Assembly: GCA_900088475.1 (NCBI GenBank)
Contig: FLMG01003587.1
Location: 33,381-97,380 of the forward strand
DNA from: Hyphochytrium catenoides
Lineage: Eukaryota > Protista > Hyphochytriomycota
Direction of reading: 5' to 3'
DNA length: 64,000 nt
In this document: one piece after another, positions 39,019-49,700 of the stretch
Layout: every line of letters starts with the position of its first letter
Position numbering within the stretch: the first letter of the stretch is position 1
Translations under genes and position numbers: made by a program
The notes under the pieces: generated by a model
Seen by the model: the letters and a program-made list of their open reading frames with translations, nothing else
Told to the model about the DNA's origin: nothing
Database searches by the model: none

Positions 39019-40675
39019 CTTGCTTTAATAATGTTTGGCAATCTTCTCCAAAATCAGAATTAGCGACACGTCTTAGCTATGTCGCTGCTTTGTCGCAGTC
39101 ATTGTCCCTATATACTTCCGTACGGCAGACACTATTATCATCACTACTAATTAGCCATGAACCCTTATAAATTGTCGATCGACAAAGTCTACCAGAAGAA
39201 ATGTCAACTCACGCTCTCACTACACTTTATCAACTCTACAACGTTGCCCACGGTGTTAACTTGTGTGTCCCTGATCTGGTTAGGGCCACCGCCTCTACCA
39301 TCTGAAGTCCATAGCTAGCCTGATTGATGATCTATATGTTGTTGGTCGCCACAACAGACCTTACCTTGCGTTCTTCTTGTTCTTACTCTTAGCCTACTAG
39401 CCGAGCTGCAAGACTTGTCCTATCAACAAAACGGCAAGAGTACTCGCTCCTCTGTGAACGTGGACCGTTTCCTCCTGTGGTCGTTGCTTGACCCATTCAC
39501 AACAGTGAAGCACTACTAAGGCCAGTTGTAGCAGAAGGACTGAGGATGGGTCGCCGCCACAGCTTGAAGTCCCCCAACGTAGAAAGAAGGACTTATCACT
39601 TGAATGGAATATTAGATATGGAGGCGGTGCCACAGGCTACCAGCTTGGTCTTCTTCTTCTCACTCCTGGACAGGGACGAGCTAAATCTATACCAACAGAA
39701 CAACCACTAGCTACTGGTAGTAGCAGCCATAGACTTCATTCTATCTGTGGCAAACTCCAATCTCTTTCTCTAATTGCGCACGGTTCTCAAACCTGAATCG
39801 AGATTCTTTTGCAGCTAATCAGGATGATCAGGTTCGGAACAACCCCAAAATCATTTGTGGAATCATCGCCTAGTTTATCACCATATCTTCCTCTCCTCGC
39901 TCTCTTCAACTCTGTTGAGGGCCAAGAAGCTGAGCTGAAATATTTTGATTCAAAGTGTTGACGAAAAGCCTTCCGAGCTATTTGTGAAGCACAGAGATTG
40001 GTCCCCCAGGACTCTGACAATTTGAGTACAGTTGTGTGTCTTGGACCCTCTGCGAGAGTGATGTAATGGCGGTACTTAGAGTGGTGGCCTCGGAGGTCAC
40101 TTGGTCGTCCGTTACATACTCCGTTACGGTGCGATAACTTTCGCGAAAGAAACCCACCATGGGAAGTTTCGTCACTCTCATTGACAGCGAAGGTGTAAAG
40201 AATGGAACTACCTAATGAAATCAACTGGATTCTTTGCAGGCCTCAAGGATCTGTTGAGGTGAGGTCTGCACTTACTTTTCGTTCTACAAACGGCTGCCGC
40301 CAGTTCGCATCACTAAAACTGTTATGATAATGAAGCTGTGAGTGAAGTCTATGAAACAGACTGGCAAATGCTCTCAGGCGAGAGCCTGGCCCATCCGGCC
40401 TGCGTTTCACAGGCCATCACCTTGGCTGGATGGACAGCTGCCAGCCGCAATGGTGCGATGATCTTGGGAATAGATGTGGCGGCGGCAGTTGACGTTTTAT
40501 ATGATCTGATTTGATGTCACTGAACTTGCATGCTCCGAAGAGTGGCGTCCAACCACGCACGGCTCTTGCCCGGCACTTTGTCAGATAAGAATCGTCCTCC
40601 TGAAGTCGAGTCACAGTGGGTTCACCTAGATACTATAGGGAGTCTCCAGCTTGTCGTCTGGCCAAGGCAAAGACA

Positions 40676-41668
40676 ATGTCCCCAACCTTCGGCAAGCTAC
40701 TGTTAGGATTCTATCAAGGGCTGGACATGCGACGATGTGGCCTACATAAGAAAAAGCAACGGGTTGAAGAATACACCTACACTTACCTTGACAGCCAAAG
40801 AAAAAATCCAAGCTCCGTCAGTGATGATGGAAAAGAGGACGTCGTGGTACACGTCCATGGCTTCGGAGCTGATAGCGCATCCATGCTCAAACTTCATGTG
40901 GCTCTAGCAAACCTCTACCGTAAGGGCTACAAGGTAGGAAACCCTGCTGGTGCAGGGACTGCAAAGAATCGAAGGCAATTACGAGCCATTATCCCCGACC
41001 TGTTAGGGCACGGAGAGACCACTCCTGACCCTGCTGACGGAGATTTTTCAGTAGCTAAGCAGGTTGAGTACCTCAACAAGTTTCTCCAGAACGTCATCGG
41101 TGACGCAAAGTTTCACCTTGTGGGTACCTCTATGGGCGGTTTTATTGCTGGCACTTATGCTGCCACCTATCCAGATCATTGCCTTTCTCTCACCTTCCTT
41201 TGCCCCGCGGGGCTCAACTCTCCGAAGACCACTCCTTATGTGGAGCTTCGCCAGCAGACTGGAAGGAATATATTACTGCCTAAAGACCTCGCTCAGATGA
41301 GGGAAATGTTCAACTATCTCTTCCACAGGCAGCCTTGGATACCAGGCCCGGTCCAGAAGGAAATGCTTCGAGTCAGACTTGAAAGGATGGAGGTATTGAA
41401 AAAGATAGCAGCGGACCTCTTGGCGTCTCCCAAACTCGACGAACGGCGCTTAAGTGCCATAGCCGTACCAACAATTGTTCTTTGGGGAGAGAAGGATCAA
41501 ATCATCTCTCCCAGCTGCGTGGATGTGCTAAGGGAAGGACTCCAGCACCTGAAATTGGTTGAGGTGTACGAAGACTGCGGGCATGTAATAGCGATGGAGA
41601 GGCCACTACAATGTGCTAATGCCATTCTCACCCTTATTCGCAACGCACCTGAGGGGATAGACCAGTGA
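40676..41668 (+). CDS. Alpha/beta hydrolase (ABHD6-like), intronless, paralog 2
   Basis: ATG at 40676 (MSPTFGKLL) aligns with paralog 1 (MSAFGKALF). Motifs HVHGFG, PDLLGHGETTP, GTSMGGFIAG, WGEKDQII, CGHVIAMERP. Confidence 0.93.
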   Translation: MSPTFGKLLLGFYQGLDMRRCGLHKKKQRVEEYTYTYLDSQRKNPSSVSDDGKEDVVVHVHGFGADSASMLKLHVALANLYRKGYKVGNPAGAGTAKNRRQLRAIIPDLLGHGETTPDPADGDFSVAKQVEYLNKFLQNVIGDAKFHLVGTSMGGFIAGTYAATYPDHCLSLTFLCPAGLNSPKTTPYVELRQQTGRNILLPKDLAQMREMFNYLFHRQPWIPGPVQKEMLRVRLERMEVLKKIAADLLASPKLDERRLSAIAVPTIVLWGEKDQIISPSCVDVLREGLQHLKLVEVYEDCGHVIAMERPLQCANAILTLIRNAPEGIDQ

Positions 41669-42349
41669 TAAAAAATGGCTTATCTAATAGTAGGTTAATA
41701 TGAACATTCGCTGAGAACCCAAGTAAAAAGACAAAGAGCAACTCAGGCGCGGAGTAATAGGAACCACACTAGCCCCACAACTTGATAGGATCTGTTCCTA
41801 CATCAGGAAGTAGTCATTGGGGTTGATCACAAGCAAAGGGCTCAATTAACAGAGCGACCTAGTTTGCCACACGGACACCAAACATGCTGGACAAAGAAGC
41901 AGTTCTGGCAGCAGAATGCAATCCGCCTTCATTGCAATTATAGGGCCTAACAGGTCCCATCCCGTCTACTTTGTTGGAGGCTGCCTGTTGGACTGGACCG
42001 GGGTAAAGAGGAGAAGTTGTTGTGCCCATGGGGGAACGGATGGTGTTCATGTCACGGCCAATCGCATATAGTCAATGGACAGAGGGAGTGAGGCCACAAA
42101 AGGATCCAGGCAGAGAAGAACCTTTACACACTACTACTAACGATTCGCTCAGTCTAGCCCTTCTAAACTTCCATTCTTTTAGACGAGGAATGGAGACAGC
42201 CTTGTGCTTCTTCCTTGCTGCTTTGCCTCGCCCCTGGCAGCCTTTCCTAGCTATCTGTCGTGAGGAGGTAATAACAGGGTAAGAGGATTCTCAAGGCAAC
42301 ATATCCTGAACGTTATATATAGTTCGGCGCCCTCTTCTCCCGCCACCTT

Positions 42350-43476
42350 TCACCCATTGGTGGCGCAGTGAGTTTGGATTTCGATTACCCGCATTCGACT
42401 CTTGATGAAGACACAGTCCTGTGGGTATCTGAAAGCCAAGTAGGTGGCGCGAACCATCAGAATGAGGAGAGTAGATCCTCGGTTAAGGAAGAATTCCATT
42501 ACTGAGAAGCTCCATCTCGTTCTCCTGGGGTCATCTTCCTTTATCAGCCCGTGCTTTAGATCCAACCTATACGCACACGTATCTGGTGGGATGCGGAAGT
42601 AGATGATAGCAATAAGCAAACTCCAGCACAATATCCAGAAGAGCAGGATCCATTTGTAAGACCGCTTTCTCGCTGAGGATGGCAGGGAGTCGTAGTAGAG
42701 AAGGAGCGAGGGATAGCTAAAAATCCGCTTACTCCGACAGCGCAACTCGCTGCAGAGAAACAAAAGATGCCGATGAGAGAAAGACACAGCATAGCGGTCT
42801 CGCCTATGAAGAGCAGGGCATCAAAGGTCATAATGGATATTGACAGAAGCTTCTGGTTTGCCATGCCAAAGATCGTCAGGACTATCAGGACGCTCCATAT
42901 GGCAGAAACGAGCCCGGCTGTAGCTCGAGCGCCATCAACAGATAATAGAATAGCCATTCCAGCGCTAATCCAGCTGATCAAGGGGTTTAGATATGTCAGT
43001 GGCGCAATCGCTCGCTTTTGCCTCCAGTACCACTCGTAAAAGGTTCTGCCGAAGGCCCATTCCATCACAGTGAGGTTACTTTCTACCTCCGTAAGCTGGA
43101 TAAATGGCCGTACCGCCACAATATCTCGCTGCTTTCTTAGACTTTCTAGACGCCCTCTGTCAGTACTACGAACAGCGCGACAATTGATCGTGGCGCCGTG
43201 CGGAGCATCGCTGCCATCAGCGTTATAGTCCATGATTCTCGGACTTTGCTTGTTGACGGTCGTCTTCTTGAGCACTGGATTGTTTGCAGTAGGCCCACCA
43301 GCCACTTTATGCAACGAGGTGGACAGTGGAGGCATGGGGGAGAGAACATTGTCAATTTCTGTTCTTGTCTCTTCCAAGGTCTTCTTAGCCGCCGCATCCA
43401 GAAGGGGTCTTCCCTGGAGGTATTTGATAAGAGGTAGACAGAGACCTGAGGCTGTGCTGTCCAACACATCGTCCAT
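42350..43476 (-). pseudogene. Multi-pass membrane protein, paralog of 44478-45518, with a 1-nt frameshift (pseudogene or assembly error)
   Basis: ORF 42556-43476 aligns to the paralog up to GVSGFLAI. ORF 42350-42787 then carries the rest (SLLLYYDSL...NRGSTLLILMVRATYLAFRYPQDCVFIKSRMRVI). One base is missing at the GGG at 42710-42712 (CCC on the coding strand). Confidence 0.85.
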
Positions 43477-44477
43477 GTTGAGGTGTAGAGGTCTTATTGA
43501 CCTGATTAGCAGGACACTGGATCCGAAGACTGCTGATGGAGGATGATAGTAGAGAGACGACAGACAAACCTAGGTCAGCATAGTAGAGCTTCAGACCTGT
43601 GGCCAGACTTAGTCCTCGCGGATGAATGGTGGGAGCAAACCTAATACTACTATACTCACATACTATACCAAGAGTATGTAAGAACGGTTGAGAAGATTGA
43701 CCGTCTTCTGCTGCCGCCGCCGCATTATTAGCTGCCGCCAGATGTTGACATGCGATCGTCCTCAACGCCGTCTCCTCCGTTATCCTCCTGCTCCTGCTCC
43801 TCTTCTACCTTCGCTGCTATCGATGATCGACAACTACTCTTCTGACCAGGTTGTAGTGAAAAGGTGGAGAAAGGTTGTAACGCCCTCTTAAGCTGATGCC
43901 TGTAGTAACGGTCGCGTCAGGCCCATCATCTAACTATGTACTGTTGCCCAGTATCAAAGGCGTGGGCGGCAGGTCTTGCAGAAGGAAGGTAGTCGATTAG
44001 GTTCAATGTTACTTATCCCCTTGTCGAACTGCTGAGTGGAGAGCTTCTTCTGCTTCGTCACAAATTGCACCGATGATGGAGAGGTTGACTAAAGGCGAGA
44101 TGAACTAGAATAAAGTGCGTGTCTTTGACTACTGAGACTATCCCTTTGGGTTTTTGCTATGACTTAAGAGGCCGTATGGCCGCCTTTCTCTGTTACTACT
44201 TCCTTCAGTGTTAGCCATCTTGATCTCTGTTGCACAACGTCGGCCGCTGCGATTTCCTCCCAGACTGCCAAGAACCCTGTCACTGTTTTTGTCTCTAATA
44301 AGGTCTACGGGCCGCCTTCCCCCAGTCTGCTGCTAACCAGAAGCAGCCTGCGCGTAACCTGCCTTGATGGAGTAGTATGTGTCGTTACGGGGCATTTAAC
44401 TATCTCTATCTGCGTGCCGATCAGTGCTCATTGCGTTTCCCGTCCTCATTCTCTCTTTAATATATTGTGGAGAGGCT

Positions 44478-45518
44478 CTAGAGGTCTATGACGCGCATTC
44501 GACTCCTGATAAAGACACAGTCTTTAGGATACCGAAACGCCAAGTAAGTTGCTCTGGCAAGAAGAATAAGCAAGGTAGAACTTCGATTGACGAGAAACTC
44601 CCTTATTGAGAAGCTCCACATCGTTCTTCTAAGATCGTGCTCCTCCTCCAAGACCCCGTGTGTCAGGTCCAAGCTATACATGCATAGGTTTGGCGGCACT
44701 CTGAAATAGATAAGGGCTATAACGGCACAGCCACCAAGATTCCACGAGAGCAGGACCCACTTGTAGCGCCGCCGCCTTGCGGATTCCGCCAGTGAATCAT
44801 AGTAAAGGAGAATGGTGGTGGTAGCTAAGAACCCTGTAAAACCTACGAGAAATCCGCGCGCAGAGAAGCAGAAGACCCCAGCGAGCGATAGGGAGAGCAT
44901 AACAGCTTCTCCAAGGAAGTGAAGGGCTTCGAATGACCTAACAGATAGAGCAAGGAGTCTGCGACTAGCGATACCAAAAATTGTTACCAAGCTAGCAACG
45001 CACGCCACGATGCCAACACACCCAGCCATCAAACCTATCGCGCCGTCCATCATCACTTCAGTCCCTACGAAAACCCAGTTAAAAAGCGCAAGAATAACGG
45101 TAATCACTCCCATTGCTGACTTCCGAGCCCAGTACCACTCGTAGAAGTGCCGTCCGAACAGCCATTCCATCATTGTTTGATTGCTGTCCCCATTCACAAG
45201 CTCCATGTAGGGCCGAACGGCAATGATGATACGCCGCTTCTCTCCAGTTCTCCCTTTTGGCTCTTCCCCGGCCGCAGTGGCATCAGTGACACGGCTACAA
45301 TCCACAATCTTTCCCCCTTTAGCTTTCCTGGATACATTGTCACGTTCTGGCGGCGACTGTGAGGTTGTAGACATGTCGGCCAGAGCACTATCGATTTCTG
45401 CTTTTGCCCCTAAAAGAGCCAGCTTTGTTTTATGGTCGAGTGAAGGTCTTCCCTGAAGATACCTGACCAATGCAAAGCAGAGTTCTGAGGCTGTACCGTC
45501 CAGGTCGTCCATAGACAT
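44478..45518 (-). CDS. Uncharacterised intronless multi-pass (~6 TM) membrane protein
   Basis: 346-aa ORF with a soluble N-terminus followed by about six hydrophobic segments. It is colinear with 42350-43476 (MDDxxxTASxLCxxLxxYLQGRP, AVRP, MEWxFGRxFYEWYW, RATYLAFRYPxDCVFIxSRMRVI). Confidence 0.85.
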   Translation of the reverse strand: MSMDDLDGTASELCFALVRYLQGRPSLDHKTKLALLGAKAEIDSALADMSTTSQSPPERDNVSRKAKGGKIVDCSRVTDATAAGEEPKGRTGEKRRIIIAVRPYMELVNGDSNQTMMEWLFGRHFYEWYWARKSAMGVITVILALFNWVFVGTEVMMDGAIGLMAGCVGIVACVASLVTIFGIASRRLLALSVRSFEALHFLGEAVMLSLSLAGVFCFSARGFLVGFTGFLATTTILLYYDSLAESARRRRYKWVLLSWNLGGCAVIALIYFRVPPNLCMYSLDLTHGVLEEEHDLRRTMWSFSIREFLVNRSSTLLILLARATYLAFRYPKDCVFIRSRMRVIDL

Positions 45519-46771
45519 TTGGAGAGAATTATGCGAAGGAGCCGAAATCGCGCCGTCCGTGACCCCGATGCTCCAGAAATTTCTTGGTAAGCGACTGTTC
45601 GGTCCCTTTGCGTGGTAGACAATGGATACCGGATGATAGGTTCGCCGATAGGAAGATTATCACCGAAAAATGAGTATACAGATCTGTCCCGCACTCCACT
45701 ATTGAATGATGAGCCTGTCGCCGCTGGGAGCAGAGAGGATGAAGAAGATACGACGACCCGATCATCAGACTTGACGACTATGAAGAAGGGCACAGCATTT
45801 CTCGCAATCCATTGACGATAGATCGGCAGCAGCAGCTTGTCCCATCAAGTTGAGGAAGCAGCAGGCCCATATTATAGTAGAGTGGGCCGTTGGAAGTGCA
45901 GACCTCTCCTTTTTTGTGGCTGATGAATAGTTAAAGAACGCTTCTTCTTAGTAGCTTGACCTACTAATGGCCATCATCTTCTCCCTTGCTTCTTACTCCA
46001 TGTTATCTACTGGTGCAGTGGCTTAGTGTGCTGTGGCCCTTCTTGAAGGAAGGGGTCTATAAGACTGTTGGCTTTAACTCTTTGTTGGGCGCGCCCCATA
46101 ATAGGCGCCAGCACAATCACCACGTCATAACACCTTCTCCTTGGGGATGAACAGGCAACCATGGTGAGTGGCCCATAGTAGTTAGATCATGATGATAGCG
46201 TAGAATGAGGTATACGGAGACCAAACTCTCCTGATATCATCAGGGACTCACCAGATGGGAAGAGAGAGCAGGAGCTGCAGCAGCAGGCCTTCGAGGATGC
46301 GTGTAGGAGGGAGAGAGGAGGGGATCCTCTCAGAGAGATGTCCGTTACATTGACTTTAACAGCTCGCTACCTGGACCGCTAACGTTATCCGAGATATCGT
46401 ATTTTCGACAAGTAGCCGATATCAGTACGATGGAGGACGAACGTAAGGGAAAGGCAGGCCGTTAGCGGCTCTCTTGACATGATCCTCCAGCCTTCATGAG
46501 CTTGCAGTTTGAAGATTCTGAAGACAGAGCAGACAGGAAGATTGCCATCAGCTTCTCATAGAATACTGAGAGGATGATCGTGCCTCATTCAGGAAGGTTC
46601 AGAGCGATAAAGCTTAGAGCAATGCGGTCTGCTGCAGAGCAGCTTGAAGTGACAGGGCAGGGTTTGGGGGAAGGATGGCCCTACAGGTTAATTCTAGAAC
46701 AGAAAGCCAAGAGAACCAGCTCATGAACCCACCCACAGACGGATAGTTCCAATAACATGGAACAATGAGCT

Positions 46772-49700
46772 ATGGCAGGAAAGAGCCCTGATGCTGCTTG
46801 GTGGTTACAGATCCGGAAAGGGATTGCTGCGGAAGCGAAAACAGCTCCTGTCAAGGCGTTATTAGAAGACCAGGAAGGGGAAAGACTTAACAAACTTGCT
46901 TTGATAGTGGAGAACCTTCTGGATCGAGGCACAGCCACTGGCGGAGCCGCGGCCCTTAAGGGCTTAATCAGGTGCTTGGATCACGCTCAGAGACTAAGGG
47001 ATGAGCCTCACGTAGCCACACCGGTAGACTTCGCAGTCCTGAAAGACCTGATTGGTACAGGGCGCTGCCAGGCAAGTGATGGCCGACTTCTAGTTGTGAG
47101 GATATCCCCAGACGCTAGCACGACCAGGCCCCACCTGCTATTTGCCTCAGATGGCAGTAGTCGGCCACTTCCTATAATAGTCGCCCCAACCCCGCCCATA
47201 ACAGTGTCCGACGGAATCCTCATTTTGACAAGGTGGACCTTCTGCAACTATGAACCCGATATCCAAGGGAGAACTGGAAAGGTTCAACCTGACCGCCTCT
47301 GCCACTTGGAGGTCCAGCTTCCTGCAGGAGAAGTAGAGAACCTTCTGGTTGCGAGACTCTTACCAGTGCGGCCTGTAGAAGGACCTGTGCTTACGATAGA
47401 AGAACTTAGTGCTTGGTTTAGCAATCATGGTCAACCCAGCGAGACTGAAAGTAAGGGATCTCGCAAGCGTAAGCGGGCAGGATTAGACTCCTTTGTACCG
47501 TCATCTGGCCTGTCAACCCGTCCCTACGTCAACGTAAGAGGCGTCATCGCGGCTGTCAGTGCAGTCAGCAAAGTCAAAGGGTCGCAGGCGGACTTCTTCG
47601 CCTTGGAGCTAAGATCCTGCACTGAATCTCAATTTTCAATTCTATCACTCCCCATCCTCTTCTATGACTCCCGCTTCTTGCCCTTGTACCCTTTCCTTGT
47701 ACCGGGCAAAGAAGTCATTCTTACACGCCTGAAAAATGCCTCCATAGTTCAATATGACAAATCGGTCCTTGCAGCTTCTTTCAGATCCATGGAGGAGAGA
47801 ACCCTGGTTCTGCCTCCCTCTTCCTCTGGTCCATGTTCTGCCTCCATCTTAGGCCCACTGTATACTGAGAGTAACCTTACGGCAAAGTGCGCTGATGGAG
47901 GGCTAGGTGTTGCAGACATCGTCAGCTATGAAGGCACAGTAACCTCAGTAAAGGAGGCTGGGCGGGTGGAACTGGACGGGATGAAGGAACTCCAAATCTA
48001 TGTGACCCAGAGACAGATCCCTTCTTTGTCAGCCGCACTTCGTAAAGGAGCAAGAATCCGCCTTCACAACGCCCATCTCTTAATCCTTAATGGAAACTTG
48101 AAGGGTTTCTCGTTGTGCCCCTATAGCCATGTAAGCGTTTCCTACAGCCCTTGTGGAAGTGATGGAGTGCTTTTAGCCTTTGAGGCTCTATTGAGAGCTC
48201 TTGCCGAGGAGGGCTGATGTTTTGCTATTCTCGTATTTAGGTAGAGATCGTGGAGGTTTCCCAAACGCTCCCGGATGGCAGTTTGCCTGCCCGTGGGAAG
48301 CCATTTCCTAGTCTAGATGCCAATAACCTCGGTGCTATGGAGATCTGCTGGCTGACAGAACTCAATGAGAGCCTAGAGAAAAAGTTTGGAGGCTTAAAGA
48401 GCTTGTGGAGAGCTTGCAGTGCGTCGTGGGTCGAAGAGGGTGGAGCTTGCCCTGTAGCCGATTGTAAGTAGTAATGGGCGAGGAGATGGGTTGGAAGTAG
48501 TGGAATAATTCAGTCAGTACAGTTCCACGGAGGTCAAAGAGATAGAATAGGATGACGATTGGGAGAGACCAAGAAGTTTCATACAGAACTAACTCTTGGT
48601 CTTTATAGGTAAGGGACGGGCGCTAGATGGGCGTAGTCAAATGTTGAAGCTATTTGCCATTGAGCTTGGCTTGCAATGGCGACGACCTCGGTACATGCTA
48701 GAAGACTTTCTATCACACGTAGAAGGAGGGGCAGCCTGCAGCTTCACAGTTGGAGACTCTTCCTGGAAGCCGCCCCAGGTCTGCTATTTTATCTTTCCTG
48801 TCCCCATCGCTTGTCCTTAGCGCCAGCGAGTACCACCTTTGCTCGTATCGGACCCATTCGGGCTACGAATCTCGTTCTTCATCGTTTGATTGTCCCTTTT
48901 CTGATATTCAAGCTTTCCCGTCGACCCTTAGTTGGGTCTATCTGAGTCGTGTTTTGTCTTTATGCGTGTCCTGCCTTGTTTCTGACAGGTGGAAACCCTT
49001 AAGACGATGGTCCACCGGGTGACAGGGTGGACTCCTGTAAGAAGCACGGAGTCTTTCCTCGCTCTGCAGATATCAAGCCAACGAGAGGATATGCCGCTCT
49101 CTTTTTCTGCGACCTGGAAGGAGGTGAAAGAAAATGATCCATGCCCCCTGGTACTCTGGGTCGGCCATGACAAGTATGGACAGCTGTCGGCTTGGGATAA
49201 GGTTTGTTTTAAGCGCTCTGCGATTGTCAATATCCTTGCTGGCTGCACCTCTCAAGTCCGAATTGATTTGTCCACATCTTCTCTTTGTCAAAAAAGGTTT
49301 TGCCCAATCCAAAAAAAAGTGTAGAGACTAATATCCTTACGGACTACCACCTACAACAGACGATGGCGGTTCGCTTAGTTCCACTAGCAGCGAACCTACG
49401 CCCTGAGCTATTCAGGAGGTGCGGCTAAAGACTTTCATCCCCGCTCATTTGCCCACGATTGACCGTCTCCTCTGGATGCCTTGTAGACCCCAGTTGGTTC
49501 GCTTCTTGCGCTGTTGCTTTGTGCGAGAGAATTCGACCGAGATTTCTGGGAGCTTGGTAGGCTACTTTCCCTTTGCCTTTTCTTCATTCAAGAAATAGCC
49601 GTAATCCTTACCAGACTCTCACTATCAGGAGTCCTTTGTACTGTTCGCGTTCAGCGCCAGACTTCTAACCAGGCCACAAATAAGTCATCTAGCTTATCCT

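Noticed and set aside
39787-40224. 145-aa minus-strand ORF between the hydrolases
   Set aside because: Non-ATG start, no motifs, and no consistent spliced model.
49229-49340. ATATCCTT strings as U12-type AT-AC donors in CTC1
   Set aside because: They appear to lie inside a GT-AG intron rather than at an exon boundary.
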